64,000 nucleotides of DNA from a virus (taxonomy: Duplodnaviria > Caudoviricetes), in the IMG/VR virus record IMGVR_UViG_3300044522_000179, positions 12,897 through 76,896 of that record; one strand, 5' to 3'. Positions within the stretch are counted from its first letter, which is position 1. Each line of letters begins with the position of its first letter. The translations under genes and the position numbers were made by a program. A model generated the notes under the pieces. The model was not told where the DNA came from. It was given only the letters and a program-made list of their open reading frames with translations, and ran no database searches. Shown here piece after piece: positions 30,713-41,505 of the stretch.

Positions 30713-31608
30713 TATAACACCCCAAGTTTTGTAATAGACTTAGCATACTTTGAAAGTATCTTGTCTACAATTATATTTCCCGTTCCTTCGAAAAGACCCT
30801 TGTCAAATTGAATTCTAAATTGATCTGTATTGTAAGAAGAAATAAATCTCTTGTAATAATCTAATTTGCCACACTCTATATCGTGAACAAGCATTTCTGT
30901 TGCTCTAACAATGTCTGATGGAACTGCAGTATATCCATGCTCAACAGTTACTAGATAATCCCAACCTCTTCCAAACCCTCTATAGATAAACTGAGGATCT
31001 AGTGAGTCAGATGCTGCTGCAGGCAAAACTAGTGGTGCTGATTCTGCTCTATTAATGTTGTCTGTTGACTTTTCAATAATTGCTGTCTTGTCTGACGAGA
31101 CTTCGTATTCTCTATCTTCTACTAATTTATTGTTTTCATATACCGTCAAAACTTTTTTAACATCATCCCAAACTGGAAGATAATCTGCTCCAGTTCCTTC
31201 AAAGTGTAAAACTTTTTTCTTATAATAAAATCCTTCTGGAATTACAGAATCTATTACCGCTCTTGCAATTTCTTCATTTAAAGCATAGGCTGCAATGTCT
31301 GATGCTGTTGTTGCCTTTGTTGATGGGGCTACATAAGGTCTTACGATTTCATAAGTTTCATCTTTAAGAATTGTTTCTCCAACTGCACCAAGATTTTTAA
31401 CAATTTCAAGCCTATAAGAAGAATCATACTTTCCTGGCAAAGATATATTAAGAATGTTTCCTGATACTTTATTTAAAAATGTTAATGTTGATACTGAAAG
31501 ATCCGCCATATCTGTTATGCTGGCAGTTATTGTTGATGATGTGATTCCAACAGGAACAACAAAATTAACAGATATATCTGCGTATGGCGAAACTCTCAAT
31601 ATCTCCAT
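30712..31608 (-). CDS. head-tail adaptor
   Basis: ARAVIDS...GYTAVPSDIVRAT...TGNIIVDKILSKY. Confidence 0.7.
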   Translation of the reverse strand: MEILRVSPYADISVNFVVPVGITSSTITASITDMADLSVSTLTFLNKVSGNILNISLPGKYDSSYRLEIVKNLGAVGETILKDETYEIVRPYVAPSTKATTASDIAAYALNEEIARAVIDSVIPEGFYYKKKVLHFEGTGADYLPVWDDVKKVLTVYENNKLVEDREYEVSSDKTAIIEKSTDNINRAESAPLVLPAAASDSLDPQFIYRGFGRGWDYLVTVEHGYTAVPSDIVRATEMLVHDIECGKLDYYKRFISSYNTDQFRIQFDKGLFEGTGNIIVDKILSKYAKSITKLGVL

Positions 31609-31614
31609 CTTTAA

Positions 31615-32031
31615 TTATCCAAAAGCCTTTTCGACTTCTTCAGGTGTAGCAATACGAACATGTGAGCGAGTTAGCCACTTGTCTGCTTGCTTTTGTGTTA
31701 CGATGTTGTAGCCCCTATTAAGAGTTCCAACCTCTTCCCAACGAACGCTCTTTGTTGAAAAAAGCGCTACCTTTCCTGAAAGGTTTACATCTGTGTTAAT
31801 TGTCTTACTTGCGCCGTCTGCTGCCATTGATCCAATAGCACCTGTCTCTGTAAAGCCTAGTGCTTGAACTGGCTCAACTGCTGCTGGTGCTTCTACCACT
31901 GCTTCAACTACTGCTTCGACTACAGGTTCTACTGTAGGCTCTACTGCAACTTCTACTACTGGTGCTTCGACATGGTCATTCTCTTCTGCATTTTCTGCTG
32001 AAAACGGATTGTTATAATTATTATTTTCCAT
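31615..32031 (-). CDS. hypothetical protein after MCP
   Basis: Acidic VEA-rich N-half; own TGATATAAT promoter and GGAGG SD. Confidence 0.65.
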   Translation of the reverse strand: MENNNYNNPFSAENAEENDHVEAPVVEVAVEPTVEPVVEAVVEAVVEAPAAVEPVQALGFTETGAIGSMAADGASKTINTDVNLSGKVALFSTKSVRWEEVGTLNRGYNIVTQKQADKWLTRSHVRIATPEEVEKAFG

Positions 32032-32065
32032 TGTATCCTCCTTGTTTGTATTATATCATTAAAGT

Positions 32066-32105
32066 ATTAAGGGGGACAGGAGAGTGAACTCCCGCCCCCC
32101 ATTAA
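32066..32105 (-). terminator. GC-rich hairpin after major capsid gene
   Basis: GGGGGCGGGAG-TTCACT-CTCCTGTCCCCC. Confidence 0.65.
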
Positions 32106-32121
32106 AGGTACTGATTACAGA

Positions 32122-33264
32122 TTATGAATCTGATGCAGAATCAGCGAATGCAATTGCATCCTCTTCTTCCCACTGAATACCAAAGCGGACGAATACTGTG
32201 TACTCAATTGTGTCCTTCTTTGCTACGTACTCACGGTTTACAACGATGTCGCGCTGGAATCCCCATACACGGTTTGCAGGGAATGTCAAGTCGATATAGC
32301 CTGCTGGGTAGTAAGGAACTTCCTGAACTTCAATTCCGAGAACACGTGTTGTACGTGCTCCACCGAATGTCTGTCCTACGCCATCAAGGTATGATTGACG
32401 ATTTGACTGTGTGCTTCCGATAGGAATTCCTGAAAATGCTTCAGCAACTGCATCTGCAAGGGTACCGTTATTCTTAACGATTCCTCCAAATGTATCTGTA
32501 CCTGCGTAGAACTTAAGATTGTTCTTAAGTGCACGGTACTTACGTGGCATTGCATTAATGATTCCCTGCATAACTTCAGGTGTCCAGGCGTTATCTGCTA
32601 CAGTTACAACTGACTCATGTGCTTGTCCAGCACCTGTTCCAGTCTTTGCTTTATTGATAAATCCGTCCATGATTGACAGGAATGAACCTGTTGAACCATC
32701 ACCGTTGATAGCGAGATCTTCGATATCGTTTGCGAATGCGTTGGTCATTAGGCGTACCAAGTGATCTTCTAGAGCGTCACCTTCTACACCATCTTCCAAT
32801 GATTCTGCTGTTACTTCCCAATCAAGACGAATCTTCTTGGTAGTAAGTTCGACCTTAGAGAATGTTGCACCTGTGTTTGTGTATGTACCAATTGCTTGCG
32901 CTGCTGCACGAATTACACGCTCACCGACGTTTACCTTCTCAAGTTCCATAGAATTAGCCTTCATTGTTACACGACGGCCATCCTTTGCTAATACTGTTGC
33001 ATCCCAAACATAGTCGATAAAACGACGTGCCTGCTCGGGGCGCAAAATTCCAGAAGCCGCTGAACCACTAGGGTTTACAGCATTGGCTCCGCTTGTAGAT
33101 CCAAGTGTCGCTGTTGGAATATTTCCAAGTGTACTTGCACCTGGTGTTGATACTCCACCAATTCCACCTGATGCGAAAGCACCTTGACCCTGGTAAAGCC
33201 CTGGTGCTGTTGCACCGAGATCTCCACTTGCGCCTGGCTGGTTTTTGATTATTTCTTCTGACAT
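32122..33264 (-). CDS. major capsid protein (HK97 fold)
   Basis: GILRPEQARRFID, LEDGVEG, FANDIEDLAINGD; GGAGG SD before MSEEII. Confidence 0.9.
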   Translation of the reverse strand: MSEEIIKNQPGASGDLGATAPGLYQGQGAFASGGIGGVSTPGASTLGNIPTATLGSTSGANAVNPSGSAASGILRPEQARRFIDYVWDATVLAKDGRRVTMKANSMELEKVNVGERVIRAAAQAIGTYTNTGATFSKVELTTKKIRLDWEVTAESLEDGVEGDALEDHLVRLMTNAFANDIEDLAINGDGSTGSFLSIMDGFINKAKTGTGAGQAHESVVTVADNAWTPEVMQGIINAMPRKYRALKNNLKFYAGTDTFGGIVKNNGTLADAVAEAFSGIPIGSTQSNRQSYLDGVGQTFGGARTTRVLGIEVQEVPYYPAGYIDLTFPANRVWGFQRDIVVNREYVAKKDTIEYTVFVRFGIQWEEEDAIAFADSASDS

Positions 33265-33287
33265 ATTGTCACCTCCTAGTGATTTTT

Positions 33288-34616
33288 TCATTTGAATAGA
33301 TCGGCTGTTTTGAGGAAACTACCGCCCCATAGGGATTTTTCAACCATTTCAGGTTGAGACTGAAAGATATCGCCGATATCTCCAGACTTTCGGAATGCGG
33401 TTTCTGCTTCCACAGCGTCTACTCGTTTTCCAAATTCATTAAACTCACCTGAAACTGCTGCAATATCTTTTGCAACTGCTTCGAATGAATCTTTTACTGT
33501 GTCAATGTCTACCTTTGAAGACTTAAGAAGTTCTACTTCTGCTTGCAAAGACTTTACTGTTGACACTAGATCGCTAAAGGCTGATTCTAGAGTATTTTTC
33601 ATTTCAGTAACTGCATCTGCAATTACCTCTTCTGACTTAGATACTTCTACAACTGCTTCAACTACTGTTTCGACTGCTTCAGCATCTTCTGCCTTAACAA
33701 TCTCTTCTGCTACAACATCATCAGTTTTAGCAACTTCTGTTGCTTCAACCTCTTCTGCCTTAGCAATTTCTTCAGTAACTTCTACAACTGCCTCTGGAGC
33801 GACCACAACATCTTCAATTACGTCTGTCTTTTCAACTTGTGTTTTTGATTTTGTCATAGGTTGTACCTCCTTGTTAATCTTAGAAGTATTAATGCCTTTA
33901 GCACTATCAACTAAGAATTTTATCATGTCTGTTTTTTCATTATCCGTTTTTTCAACGAAACCTATATTTGCCATTTGCTCACCAGTAGTTGGACTTAACT
34001 CTGATTCATTTTCTGAAACCATAACAATGCCTGATTCCTTGTCATAAAAAACATTTTCTAAAACTGTTTCGTCACCCTTAACAACATCTACTCCGTCAAC
34101 TTTTTCAACAGATACAATGTTTGCAAACTGATTTGCTGGGGAATCTACAAGACTCAACTCAATCAAATCGTATTGCTTAATAATTCTAATTGCTTTGTCT
34201 GATTTCTCGTCAAACCCATCGTCCCATTTGTTCATACGTCCACCAATAGAAAAACCAGTTAGTGTTCCATCTAGAACCTTTTCCCAAGTATCTTGTGCAC
34301 CCTTTGAAACATATGCTGATACGAATACACCGTTATAAAACTTCTTTGAGTCTGGATCAAAATATTTATCTGCTTTGAATGAAACCATCTTGCCTACTGC
34401 TAGTGGCTGATGCATTTCTCTGATGTTCCCTCGGAATTTTGCAAAGGCATCCATTGATGCTTCTGCTGTTACAATGTCATCTTGCTTATCGACATTGTCT
34501 AAAGATGCAAAACCAGAAACGACTCTACGCTCTTTGTCCACTTTGGTAAGGGGCATAGAAAGACGAAGATTATTCCCATCAGTATTCCAATGGGCTTTGG
34601 ATATATTGCTCACCAT
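33288..34616 (-). CDS. prohead protease with C-terminal scaffold
   Basis: IREMHQ (His), GFSIGG (Ser), ELSLVDSPAN; acidic coiled-coil tail. Confidence 0.88.
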   Translation of the reverse strand: MVSNISKAHWNTDGNNLRLSMPLTKVDKERRVVSGFASLDNVDKQDDIVTAEASMDAFAKFRGNIREMHQPLAVGKMVSFKADKYFDPDSKKFYNGVFVSAYVSKGAQDTWEKVLDGTLTGFSIGGRMNKWDDGFDEKSDKAIRIIKQYDLIELSLVDSPANQFANIVSVEKVDGVDVVKGDETVLENVFYDKESGIVMVSENESELSPTTGEQMANIGFVEKTDNEKTDMIKFLVDSAKGINTSKINKEVQPMTKSKTQVEKTDVIEDVVVAPEAVVEVTEEIAKAEEVEATEVAKTDDVVAEEIVKAEDAEAVETVVEAVVEVSKSEEVIADAVTEMKNTLESAFSDLVSTVKSLQAEVELLKSSKVDIDTVKDSFEAVAKDIAAVSGEFNEFGKRVDAVEAETAFRKSGDIGDIFQSQPEMVEKSLWGGSFLKTADLFK

Positions 34617-34668
34617 TATATTATACGCCCTTTTTTACACATATATCACAATATGGACATATGGGACA

Positions 34669-36261
34669 TTAAGGAGTTTTTCTTCCCTCTCCTTTTGGGG
34701 CTCTTCCAGCAACTGTTGAAGTGCTGTCTGAATTATTATTTGTTCTTGCAGAGTCTCTGGCTCTTGTAGTTGTTGCTTCTGCTGCTGCAGTTGCTTTAAG
34801 ATCTAAGACCTCGTCGCCACCTTCTCTTTGTGGCATATCCAAAAGAACTCTTGCCTCGTTTGGAGTCATAATTTGATTCTTAACATATCTTTCAAGAATT
34901 TGAGACTGTGCAATTTCATCTGTTAAGGTTAATTCATTAAAAACAAACTCAAGAATATCGGTTTTTTCACGGACAATCTTGTTGATCATTTTTTCAATTT
35001 GTCTTTGTGCTGGTCTTGCTACCTGCTCTTTAAAGGTGCGATCCTGTGCAAGTGCTGCTGCAATAGATCCAGAATCGCCACCTCCAAGTTTAGACAATGG
35101 AACTTGATGTGCTACCAGAATGTCATCACGGTTTTGTTTACGATACTCTTTAAAGGAGCCATCTTGTATACCGTCTTCAATGGGATCCATTTTAAACTCT
35201 ACCTTATTGTTTTCGCTATCTCCTGGTAATGGAATATATAGAGTTCTATGTGACTGCCCTCTGAGATTTGTCTGTAAGAATCTAAACATCTTATCTTCTG
35301 CGTCTCCAGAAAGTTTTGCACCCTTTAGGGTTACAACGTATCTTGGTACTGCTTTATTTGCAAAGTAATCAATATTGTATTGTGAAGCAAGTGAGTCTCC
35401 ATGCAATGAGTTAATTGCCGACATAATGTCTGGCACTCCATAGAATGTGTTAAGAGGCGAGTACTGCTTAAAGTGAATAATTTCATTTGGTCTAGCATCT
35501 GTAGTTAGTGGATTCTGATTTTTTGCTCCAAAGTTACGGAAGTAAACAATCTTGTTTCCAATAATCTGAACATAGCCATCTTTGATTCTTCTAACTCTCA
35601 TTGTTGTTGATGGGATATGTCCAACATATCCAATCTCTCCACGAGTAGTTCTTCCTATTTCTAAGTATCCGTTTCCAGTTGACTGTAGGTCTGTGTAAAC
35701 TTTTTCCATTGTTGCTGTAAATGAATCGTCATCGTTAAGAGACTCTATCCAATCACGCATTTCAATTTTTGCTCGTTCAATTCTTTTTCTTGCTTTTTGC
35801 GTTGCGCTATTATCTTCTGATGATTCAAGTCTCATCATTGTTCTTTGAGAAACCTTAAACTCATAACCTAGACCAACGATGTTCTCTACCTTAGCATCAA
35901 TGGCTGCGTGGTTTGCAAAAGATGTGTCGTAATAGTTTGCCAACTCATACAAGTTCCATGGTGGGGTGATTACATCAAACATTCCATAGCCGTTTATATA
36001 TACTAGTCCTGGGTTTATTTCTTTTGATTGTGCTCCATCAATACCGCTTTTTCCAGCAAGTGCTGCAGTTGTGTATTGAGTTGTTGGTTCAACCATCTTT
36101 GTTGAAGATCTGCTTATACGTCTTTTAAAGTTTGCTTCTAGTCCGTCAAGAGATTTTAATGAATCCCAATTTCCGTTAAATGGATCTGACTTTGAAAAAG
36201 TATCATCTTTCTTTATTGATTCATCAATCCTTGCACTAATCTCATAATCGTTGTCTTCCAT
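34669..36261 (-). CDS. portal protein
   Basis: TGNGYLE, NEIIHFK, FYGVP, YFANKAVP, HQVP, MTPNEAR. Confidence 0.9.
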   Translation of the reverse strand: MEDNDYEISARIDESIKKDDTFSKSDPFNGNWDSLKSLDGLEANFKRRISRSSTKMVEPTTQYTTAALAGKSGIDGAQSKEINPGLVYINGYGMFDVITPPWNLYELANYYDTSFANHAAIDAKVENIVGLGYEFKVSQRTMMRLESSEDNSATQKARKRIERAKIEMRDWIESLNDDDSFTATMEKVYTDLQSTGNGYLEIGRTTRGEIGYVGHIPSTTMRVRRIKDGYVQIIGNKIVYFRNFGAKNQNPLTTDARPNEIIHFKQYSPLNTFYGVPDIMSAINSLHGDSLASQYNIDYFANKAVPRYVVTLKGAKLSGDAEDKMFRFLQTNLRGQSHRTLYIPLPGDSENNKVEFKMDPIEDGIQDGSFKEYRKQNRDDILVAHQVPLSKLGGGDSGSIAAALAQDRTFKEQVARPAQRQIEKMINKIVREKTDILEFVFNELTLTDEIAQSQILERYVKNQIMTPNEARVLLDMPQREGGDEVLDLKATAAAEATTTRARDSARTNNNSDSTSTVAGRAPKGEGRKTP

Positions 36262-36263
36262 AA

Positions 36264-36650
36264 TTATTCCTCATCCCCATACTTAGCAATTGTATCTTTT
36301 GCTGCTTGTACTGCTCCAAGGTCGTTTAGGTTTGGTATAAGTCCAGACTTCATACGATCAACTTGCTCAGAATATTCTTCTTCTGAAACTCTTGTTAGCC
36401 CTGGAACAAATACGCATGTACCATCTCCTGGATCTCCGTAATGCATTGCAGTCTTTTTTAGTTCTGCCATTCTAGTAAAGTCGTTTTTATCTGAAGGTAT
36501 ATTGAGTACAGAACCGTTTCCATCTGTAAACCATTTACCATTTGCTTTCTTATACACATAAAGGCCCCAGTCATAGTTCTTTTCAATGACCTGACGTCTA
36601 ACGTTTTTTACAATTGGTTGACCAGTTTTTGGGTCTATAAGGGAATCCAT
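36264..36650 (-). CDS. hypothetical protein upstream of portal
   Basis: Leaderless ORF. Confidence 0.65.
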   Translation of the reverse strand: MDSLIDPKTGQPIVKNVRRQVIEKNYDWGLYVYKKANGKWFTDGNGSVLNIPSDKNDFTRMAELKKTAMHYGDPGDGTCVFVPGLTRVSEEEYSEQVDRMKSGLIPNLNDLGAVQAAKDTIAKYGDEE

Positions 36651-36668
36651 AACTACAAGTATACCATA

Positions 36669-39600
36669 TTAGGCTGGGGTCTCTACGAACTGACTCCATT
36701 TTACGTCAGTAAATATAGTATATGCATACTCTTCAAAACGAACTGGTCTATCATCATCTACAATAATTTTGTTTGTGCCCGTATAACTCTTATAAACATC
36801 TGAAGGGTTTACACCATAATAACTTGTTTCTGATAAGACAAGAACCTTATTCCAGTTAAAAGATGGACTATCCCAGAACTCCCAGTCAAGGGGCGAAGAC
36901 CCCAAAACCTTAACTCTAAACCAAGGTCTTTCTGCTATGTTCTGAACTTCTTGTAGATTAGTAGACTGATAGTATGAAAGGCTGTTAAATAGTAGTGGTC
37001 CAGTTAATCTTACTGCCCCTTCAAAAAATGAAAAATTAAGACTGTTTGCAAAATTAATCCCAAGGAATCCCCACTCTTGAAGAGTTATTACTGGCTCTTT
37101 TACTATTTTTCCATTCCAATAAAATCCAATACCGTTTTGGACTAGGCCAGTATTTGCATCTATTGCGTAAATTTTTGCTCTGCGTCCAGAAGGATCATTA
37201 GCAACCATGTAAAATTTTATGTAAGAATCTTTGCTTTGGATTTCAAATATCTGTGTTGGTGCATATGGGAAATAGTCTCCGTCAAACCTTACGGCCATTT
37301 GCATTGCTATAGCCTTAAATCCTTCGGCTCTGCTTTCATTTACAGGAATCATAAGACCTCTATTAACTAATGGATCATACCTTCCTTTTAATTGAATTCC
37401 GCTTGTTTTGGTTAAATAAAGATACGGAGATGATCCTGGATAGATTGCAAAAGGATTATTCTTTTTAAAGTTATAATAAATTCCAGTCTTTGTATATGGA
37501 TAAACAGATGTTCCAAACCTTGTTCCAATTGGACTAGCATCAGATTCATTAAATGCTTGTGATGCATAAGAAAGTTTTTTAATTAATACATTGTTTGTTT
37601 CTGAATTTTTTACATTCATTTCTATGTGTGTAACAATAGACAAGTCATTAAAGTCTACTCCAGTTGGTGGGTATATAATCATATTATCTACAACTTCATA
37701 TTTTGTTGTCATCCAGTCTGAACCAGGAACTAATACTCCATCTCTTGAAGGTCTTTCTGTTTTTGTAAAATAATAGTATGTTTGGTTTGCACCCAATTCT
37801 GTATATTGAAAAGTTACATAACTTTTTACAATTGATCCATCTGTGTCATATTTATATTCTTTTGCTATTTTATTTTTTAAATCATCGTAATCATTGTATC
37901 CAGTAAAAAGGTAATTGTCTAATGATGTGTATGTTCTTTGAACTGGGGTTCCGTATTCATCTGATAACTCTGCATATGTCCAAGCCTCTGGCTCTGTTTC
38001 TATTGCTATAGTCTTTGATGGTATTGGGTAATCAATATTAAACTGAATAAAGTCAAGATCAAAATATTGGTCCCCTCGTTTATCAAGAACGGATTCAGCA
38101 AAATATGTTAGTGGAAGTTGATCTTCCCAATATGCGCTTGCAGATACAGCAAGTTTGTATGTATCAAAAACTATCTCTGGTAAAAGAGTATAACTTGCAA
38201 CATGGTCTAAAAGGGAATCCTCTTCAGCAACAACCACATCTCCACCAGTAAGTGCTCCATTTACAGTGTATGTTCCAAGAGGCAAATGAAAAGATGTTGT
38301 ATCTATTCCTCCGTCTATGTTGATTAACTGGTTATTTTGGTAAATAGCAAACAAGTCTTCATTCCATACTGGAACACCTATCTCATTAAACAAAGATCTA
38401 ATTTTTTGAAAGTTATATTCTGTACATAGTCCTACATTGTATATTTTTCCAGTAAAAGTTGATAGACCGTTCTTGTCTCCACCAACATACATCCTTAGGT
38501 CTGATAAAGATCCAAAAAAGTCTGATGCTGGGTTTCCAAATCTTGATACAAATGCTGGAATGTTTAAGCCTATGTCTACCAACTCTCCTGGCTCAGCGAC
38601 TAAAGGAGAATAGATTGTTTCTGATATTCCGTTATAATTAATAATATAAGATATTTGATTATTTAAAAGTTGTATCTTGAAATAACTATTTGTATTTTCT
38701 TTTTCTATTTTAAAAAGTGTTTGGGCTGAACTTGAGGTTTGTGGCAATCTAAAACAACCATAGAAAGCAGAAATGGGAGTTTTTATAAAATCAAAGTTCT
38801 TAAAAAACAAATATCCAGAAACATTATTCCAAGAAGTGTTTGGTCTAAAGGAAAAAAAGTTTCTTGTATCTGATGATTGAACTAGACCACAATCTGACAA
38901 AAGTTCTTTTTCTGTTTTTGATGACAAGATTGTTTCTGGAAGTGGGTGAGACAAAACAGAAAGAGACTTATTCACAACTAATGTATTGTCATTAAAGGCT
39001 TGACTCCATGAACCTACCTTTGGATATGAGTAGTTTGAGGTGTAGTCTGCAAATGAGTAATCAATAAAAACAGATGTTCCACTATAAGATGTATTAATAT
39101 TTTCTGGAATATCAACGCCTTGCCCAAATACAAACCTTCTTTTTGCAACAGCAGTTGCAACAATGTATGGATAAATTCCAACGCAGTCAACCTCTATTGG
39201 ATATATATCATCATATGCGTAAAAGCCTATCCAGTCTTGATCCTTAAGACTTTCATTTAACATGGAAGGTAAAGAAAGTGACTCAGTTAAATAGTTTAAA
39301 GAAACAACTTCTTGGCCATTTATTACAAGAGATGCAGTGTCTTTTCCAACACGCATGTGAACCAGCATTGGCCTTGTCCACTCACCAACATAGTATGTAC
39401 CATAGTTATCTCCTATCTTTAATCCTATTGATGGTCCATCAACATATATTCCATCTTCTGATGCAATTGGACCAATAATTCTTTTCCTGTCGTTACTGTA
39501 TGAATTTATTCTAAGCCAAGTTTCAAAAGTATACTGCTTAAATTTTCCAGACTCATTTAAAAATCCAGAACCAGGAACTATAAGGGAGGGCAAATCTGTA

Positions 39601-40382
39601 TTTGGATATATAGTTGTAAGACCAGATGTTCCATAAACAATTGGAATGCCTGAGTTTTTTGCTTTAAGCATATTATCAGAAACTAAATAATATGCATCTA
39701 ACTCTTGCAGTCCGTAACATTTTGACACAACACCTTTTTGTGGTGCAATAGATATGGTGGATGGTATGTCAATTACCTCAACACCAAGTGATGTAGATGC
39801 AAACTCTTCTGACCATTGGCCAAGACTTATTCCGTTTACTAAAAATACATCTTCTGTTTCTGATCCACCAATAAAGTTAATTTTAAAGACTAATCTTATG
39901 TTTGTGTCATCTGGAGGCGTATCAAAAGTTTCTGATATAAAAATCCAGTTGCTATTTATTACTGTGTCATAGTTTTTTAAATGAACTATGTCATCTCCAC
40001 TTGTTGTGTCTGTGTATTGGTAACCAATTTCAAGACCAGCAATATATGCGCTTTCAGAATAAAAGTATCCACCTACAGAAAATGTTCTTAAATAAGTATT
40101 AAAGTCTCTTAGGCTCATTATTTCATTACTTGTTGCAACTATAGAAGCCAACTCGTTGTCTGTTGGTGTAGCGGTAATTTTACCAACATAACTATTTATA
40201 AATGGTTCGTCTACTGACTGGGTATAGTTTTGATATGTACCGCCAACAATTGTCCAATTTGATAAATTTCTTTGTGACTCTGAAAGTAAAGAAATATAGT
40301 CTGCTGTATCGTCTAAAGCCCATAGACCAGTCGGATGCTCAGCAAATACTTTTTCGGCATATAGGTTTGATGGGGTAGACAT
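36669..40382 (-). CDS. large virion protein with LamG/ConA-like beta-sandwich regions
   Basis: HPTGLWALDD N-terminus; YTFETWL...LVINGQEV. Confidence 0.6.
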   Translation of the reverse strand: MSTPSNLYAEKVFAEHPTGLWALDDTADYISLLSESQRNLSNWTIVGGTYQNYTQSVDEPFINSYVGKITATPTDNELASIVATSNEIMSLRDFNTYLRTFSVGGYFYSESAYIAGLEIGYQYTDTTSGDDIVHLKNYDTVINSNWIFISETFDTPPDDTNIRLVFKINFIGGSETEDVFLVNGISLGQWSEEFASTSLGVEVIDIPSTISIAPQKGVVSKCYGLQELDAYYLVSDNMLKAKNSGIPIVYGTSGLTTIYPNTDLPSLIVPGSGFLNESGKFKQYTFETWLRINSYSNDRKRIIGPIASEDGIYVDGPSIGLKIGDNYGTYYVGEWTRPMLVHMRVGKDTASLVINGQEVVSLNYLTESLSLPSMLNESLKDQDWIGFYAYDDIYPIEVDCVGIYPYIVATAVAKRRFVFGQGVDIPENINTSYSGTSVFIDYSFADYTSNYSYPKVGSWSQAFNDNTLVVNKSLSVLSHPLPETILSSKTEKELLSDCGLVQSSDTRNFFSFRPNTSWNNVSGYLFFKNFDFIKTPISAFYGCFRLPQTSSSAQTLFKIEKENTNSYFKIQLLNNQISYIINYNGISETIYSPLVAEPGELVDIGLNIPAFVSRFGNPASDFFGSLSDLRMYVGGDKNGLSTFTGKIYNVGLCTEYNFQKIRSLFNEIGVPVWNEDLFAIYQNNQLINIDGGIDTTSFHLPLGTYTVNGALTGGDVVVAEEDSLLDHVASYTLLPEIVFDTYKLAVSASAYWEDQLPLTYFAESVLDKRGDQYFDLDFIQFNIDYPIPSKTIAIETEPEAWTYAELSDEYGTPVQRTYTSLDNYLFTGYNDYDDLKNKIAKEYKYDTDGSIVKSYVTFQYTELGANQTYYYFTKTERPSRDGVLVPGSDWMTTKYEVVDNMIIYPPTGVDFNDLSIVTHIEMNVKNSETNNVLIKKLSYASQAFNESDASPIGTRFGTSVYPYTKTGIYYNFKKNNPFAIYPGSSPYLYLTKTSGIQLKGRYDPLVNRGLMIPVNESRAEGFKAIAMQMAVRFDGDYFPYAPTQIFEIQSKDSYIKFYMVANDPSGRRAKIYAIDANTGLVQNGIGFYWNGKIVKEPVITLQEWGFLGINFANSLNFSFFEGAVRLTGPLLFNSLSYYQSTNLQEVQNIAERPWFRVKVLGSSPLDWEFWDSPSFNWNKVLVLSETSYYGVNPSDVYKSYTGTNKIIVDDDRPVRFEEYAYTIFTDVKWSQFVETPA

Positions 40383-40397
40383 TATAAGTCTATTTTA

Positions 40398-40907
40398 TCA
40401 TACTATGCGTGTAAACCAGCGGGGTATTGTATACCTTGTCCCCTGAGAAATTGGCTTAACTCCATGAACAAAGTCTGGGGTGTCTGGAAAGCATATAAGA
40501 TCTCCTGCGTCAGGCTTAATTGACACATCGTATTCTGGAAAATAGATTTCTCCACCTAAATAGTTATTGTTTAAATATATCAGTGTGGCTATGTCGTTTG
40601 GTTTTGTAGAGTCAAAATGTTCATGCATTCCAAACCCCTCATCAAATTTAGCAATATGTGTCTTAGAACTATCGTAATCTTCAAACGGGCCAGGATAGTT
40701 ATCTCTTACAAACTTGAGTACAAGTTCTCCATAAGAATTTATCAGGCTTTCGATGTTTGCATCTTGGAATTCTGAGTGAAATGTAAACTCTTTTTCACCA
40801 TTTCCAAACTCATTAAAAGACTTATCCATAGACTTGGCATATGAAAAAGCAAGAGTAGAAGCCTGTGGACTCATAAAATCTTTAACAACTTTTATCTGAT
40901 CACTCAT
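40398..40907 (-). CDS. prolyl-4-hydroxylase-like 2OG-Fe(II) oxygenase
   Basis: HFD, LIYLN, GGEIYF, HGVKPI, GTRY. Confidence 0.85.
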   Translation of the reverse strand: MSDQIKVVKDFMSPQASTLAFSYAKSMDKSFNEFGNGEKEFTFHSEFQDANIESLINSYGELVLKFVRDNYPGPFEDYDSSKTHIAKFDEGFGMHEHFDSTKPNDIATLIYLNNNYLGGEIYFPEYDVSIKPDAGDLICFPDTPDFVHGVKPISQGTRYTIPRWFTRIV

Positions 40908-41505
40908 GAAAACCTTTTATCTCCCAATCGTCCCAAGATGTTTCTTCATAGGAAGATCTGTTTGGCATAAAGTGTTGGCCTTTCTTTCCCATCCAGGCCT
41001 CTGATAAAAACAATAGTCCAGACTTGATTTCAGAAATGCCGTGTAAATTTTCTCGATCATCCTTAAAATAGATCAAGTCTCCAGGGTTTGGCTGAAAGGT
41101 TTTATCTAATTTTGAAAAGATGAAGTCTCCACCCTCGTCTGCATTTTGCCAAACAATATAAGATACGTATGTACCTTCTGGCTTTGAATCTTCATTATGA
41201 TGCTGAGGTTCTGAAGAACCAGGATTGTACCTTAGAATATAGTGCTTTGAAAACATTGGTGGGTGATATTCTGAATCATTTTCAGATTGAACAATATCGT
41301 AATACCCTTTTGAATACTTAGAAAATATATCTAAGATGTGATCTGGCATTTCTCCACGAGTGTGGATATCAAATGGGGCACCGCCATTGTACAGATCGTT
41401 ATGCAAAGGTACATGTTCTTCTCTTGTGTGGAATACGATTGTTCCAATATAGTCTTGAACAATTTTTAAGTCTTCTTTTGATATAAAGTTTTCTACTATT
41501 TTCAT
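40900..41505 (-). CDS. 2OG-Fe(II) oxygenase-like protein (possibly degenerate)
   Basis: GGDFIF, PGDLIYF, LHGISEI; HNE instead of HxD and no distal Arg. Confidence 0.7.
   Translation of the reverse strand: MKIVENFISKEDLKIVQDYIGTIVFHTREEHVPLHNDLYNGGAPFDIHTRGEMPDHILDIFSKYSKGYYDIVQSENDSEYHPPMFSKHYILRYNPGSSEPQHHNEDSKPEGTYVSYIVWQNADEGGDFIFSKLDKTFQPNPGDLIYFKDDRENLHGISEIKSGLLFLSEAWMGKKGQHFMPNRSSYEETSWDDWEIKGFHE

Noticed and set aside
18466-34719. Numerous + strand ORFs opposite TMP, capsid and protease genes
   Set aside because: Antisense shadows of long biased-codon genes, with no promoters, SD or recognisable motifs.
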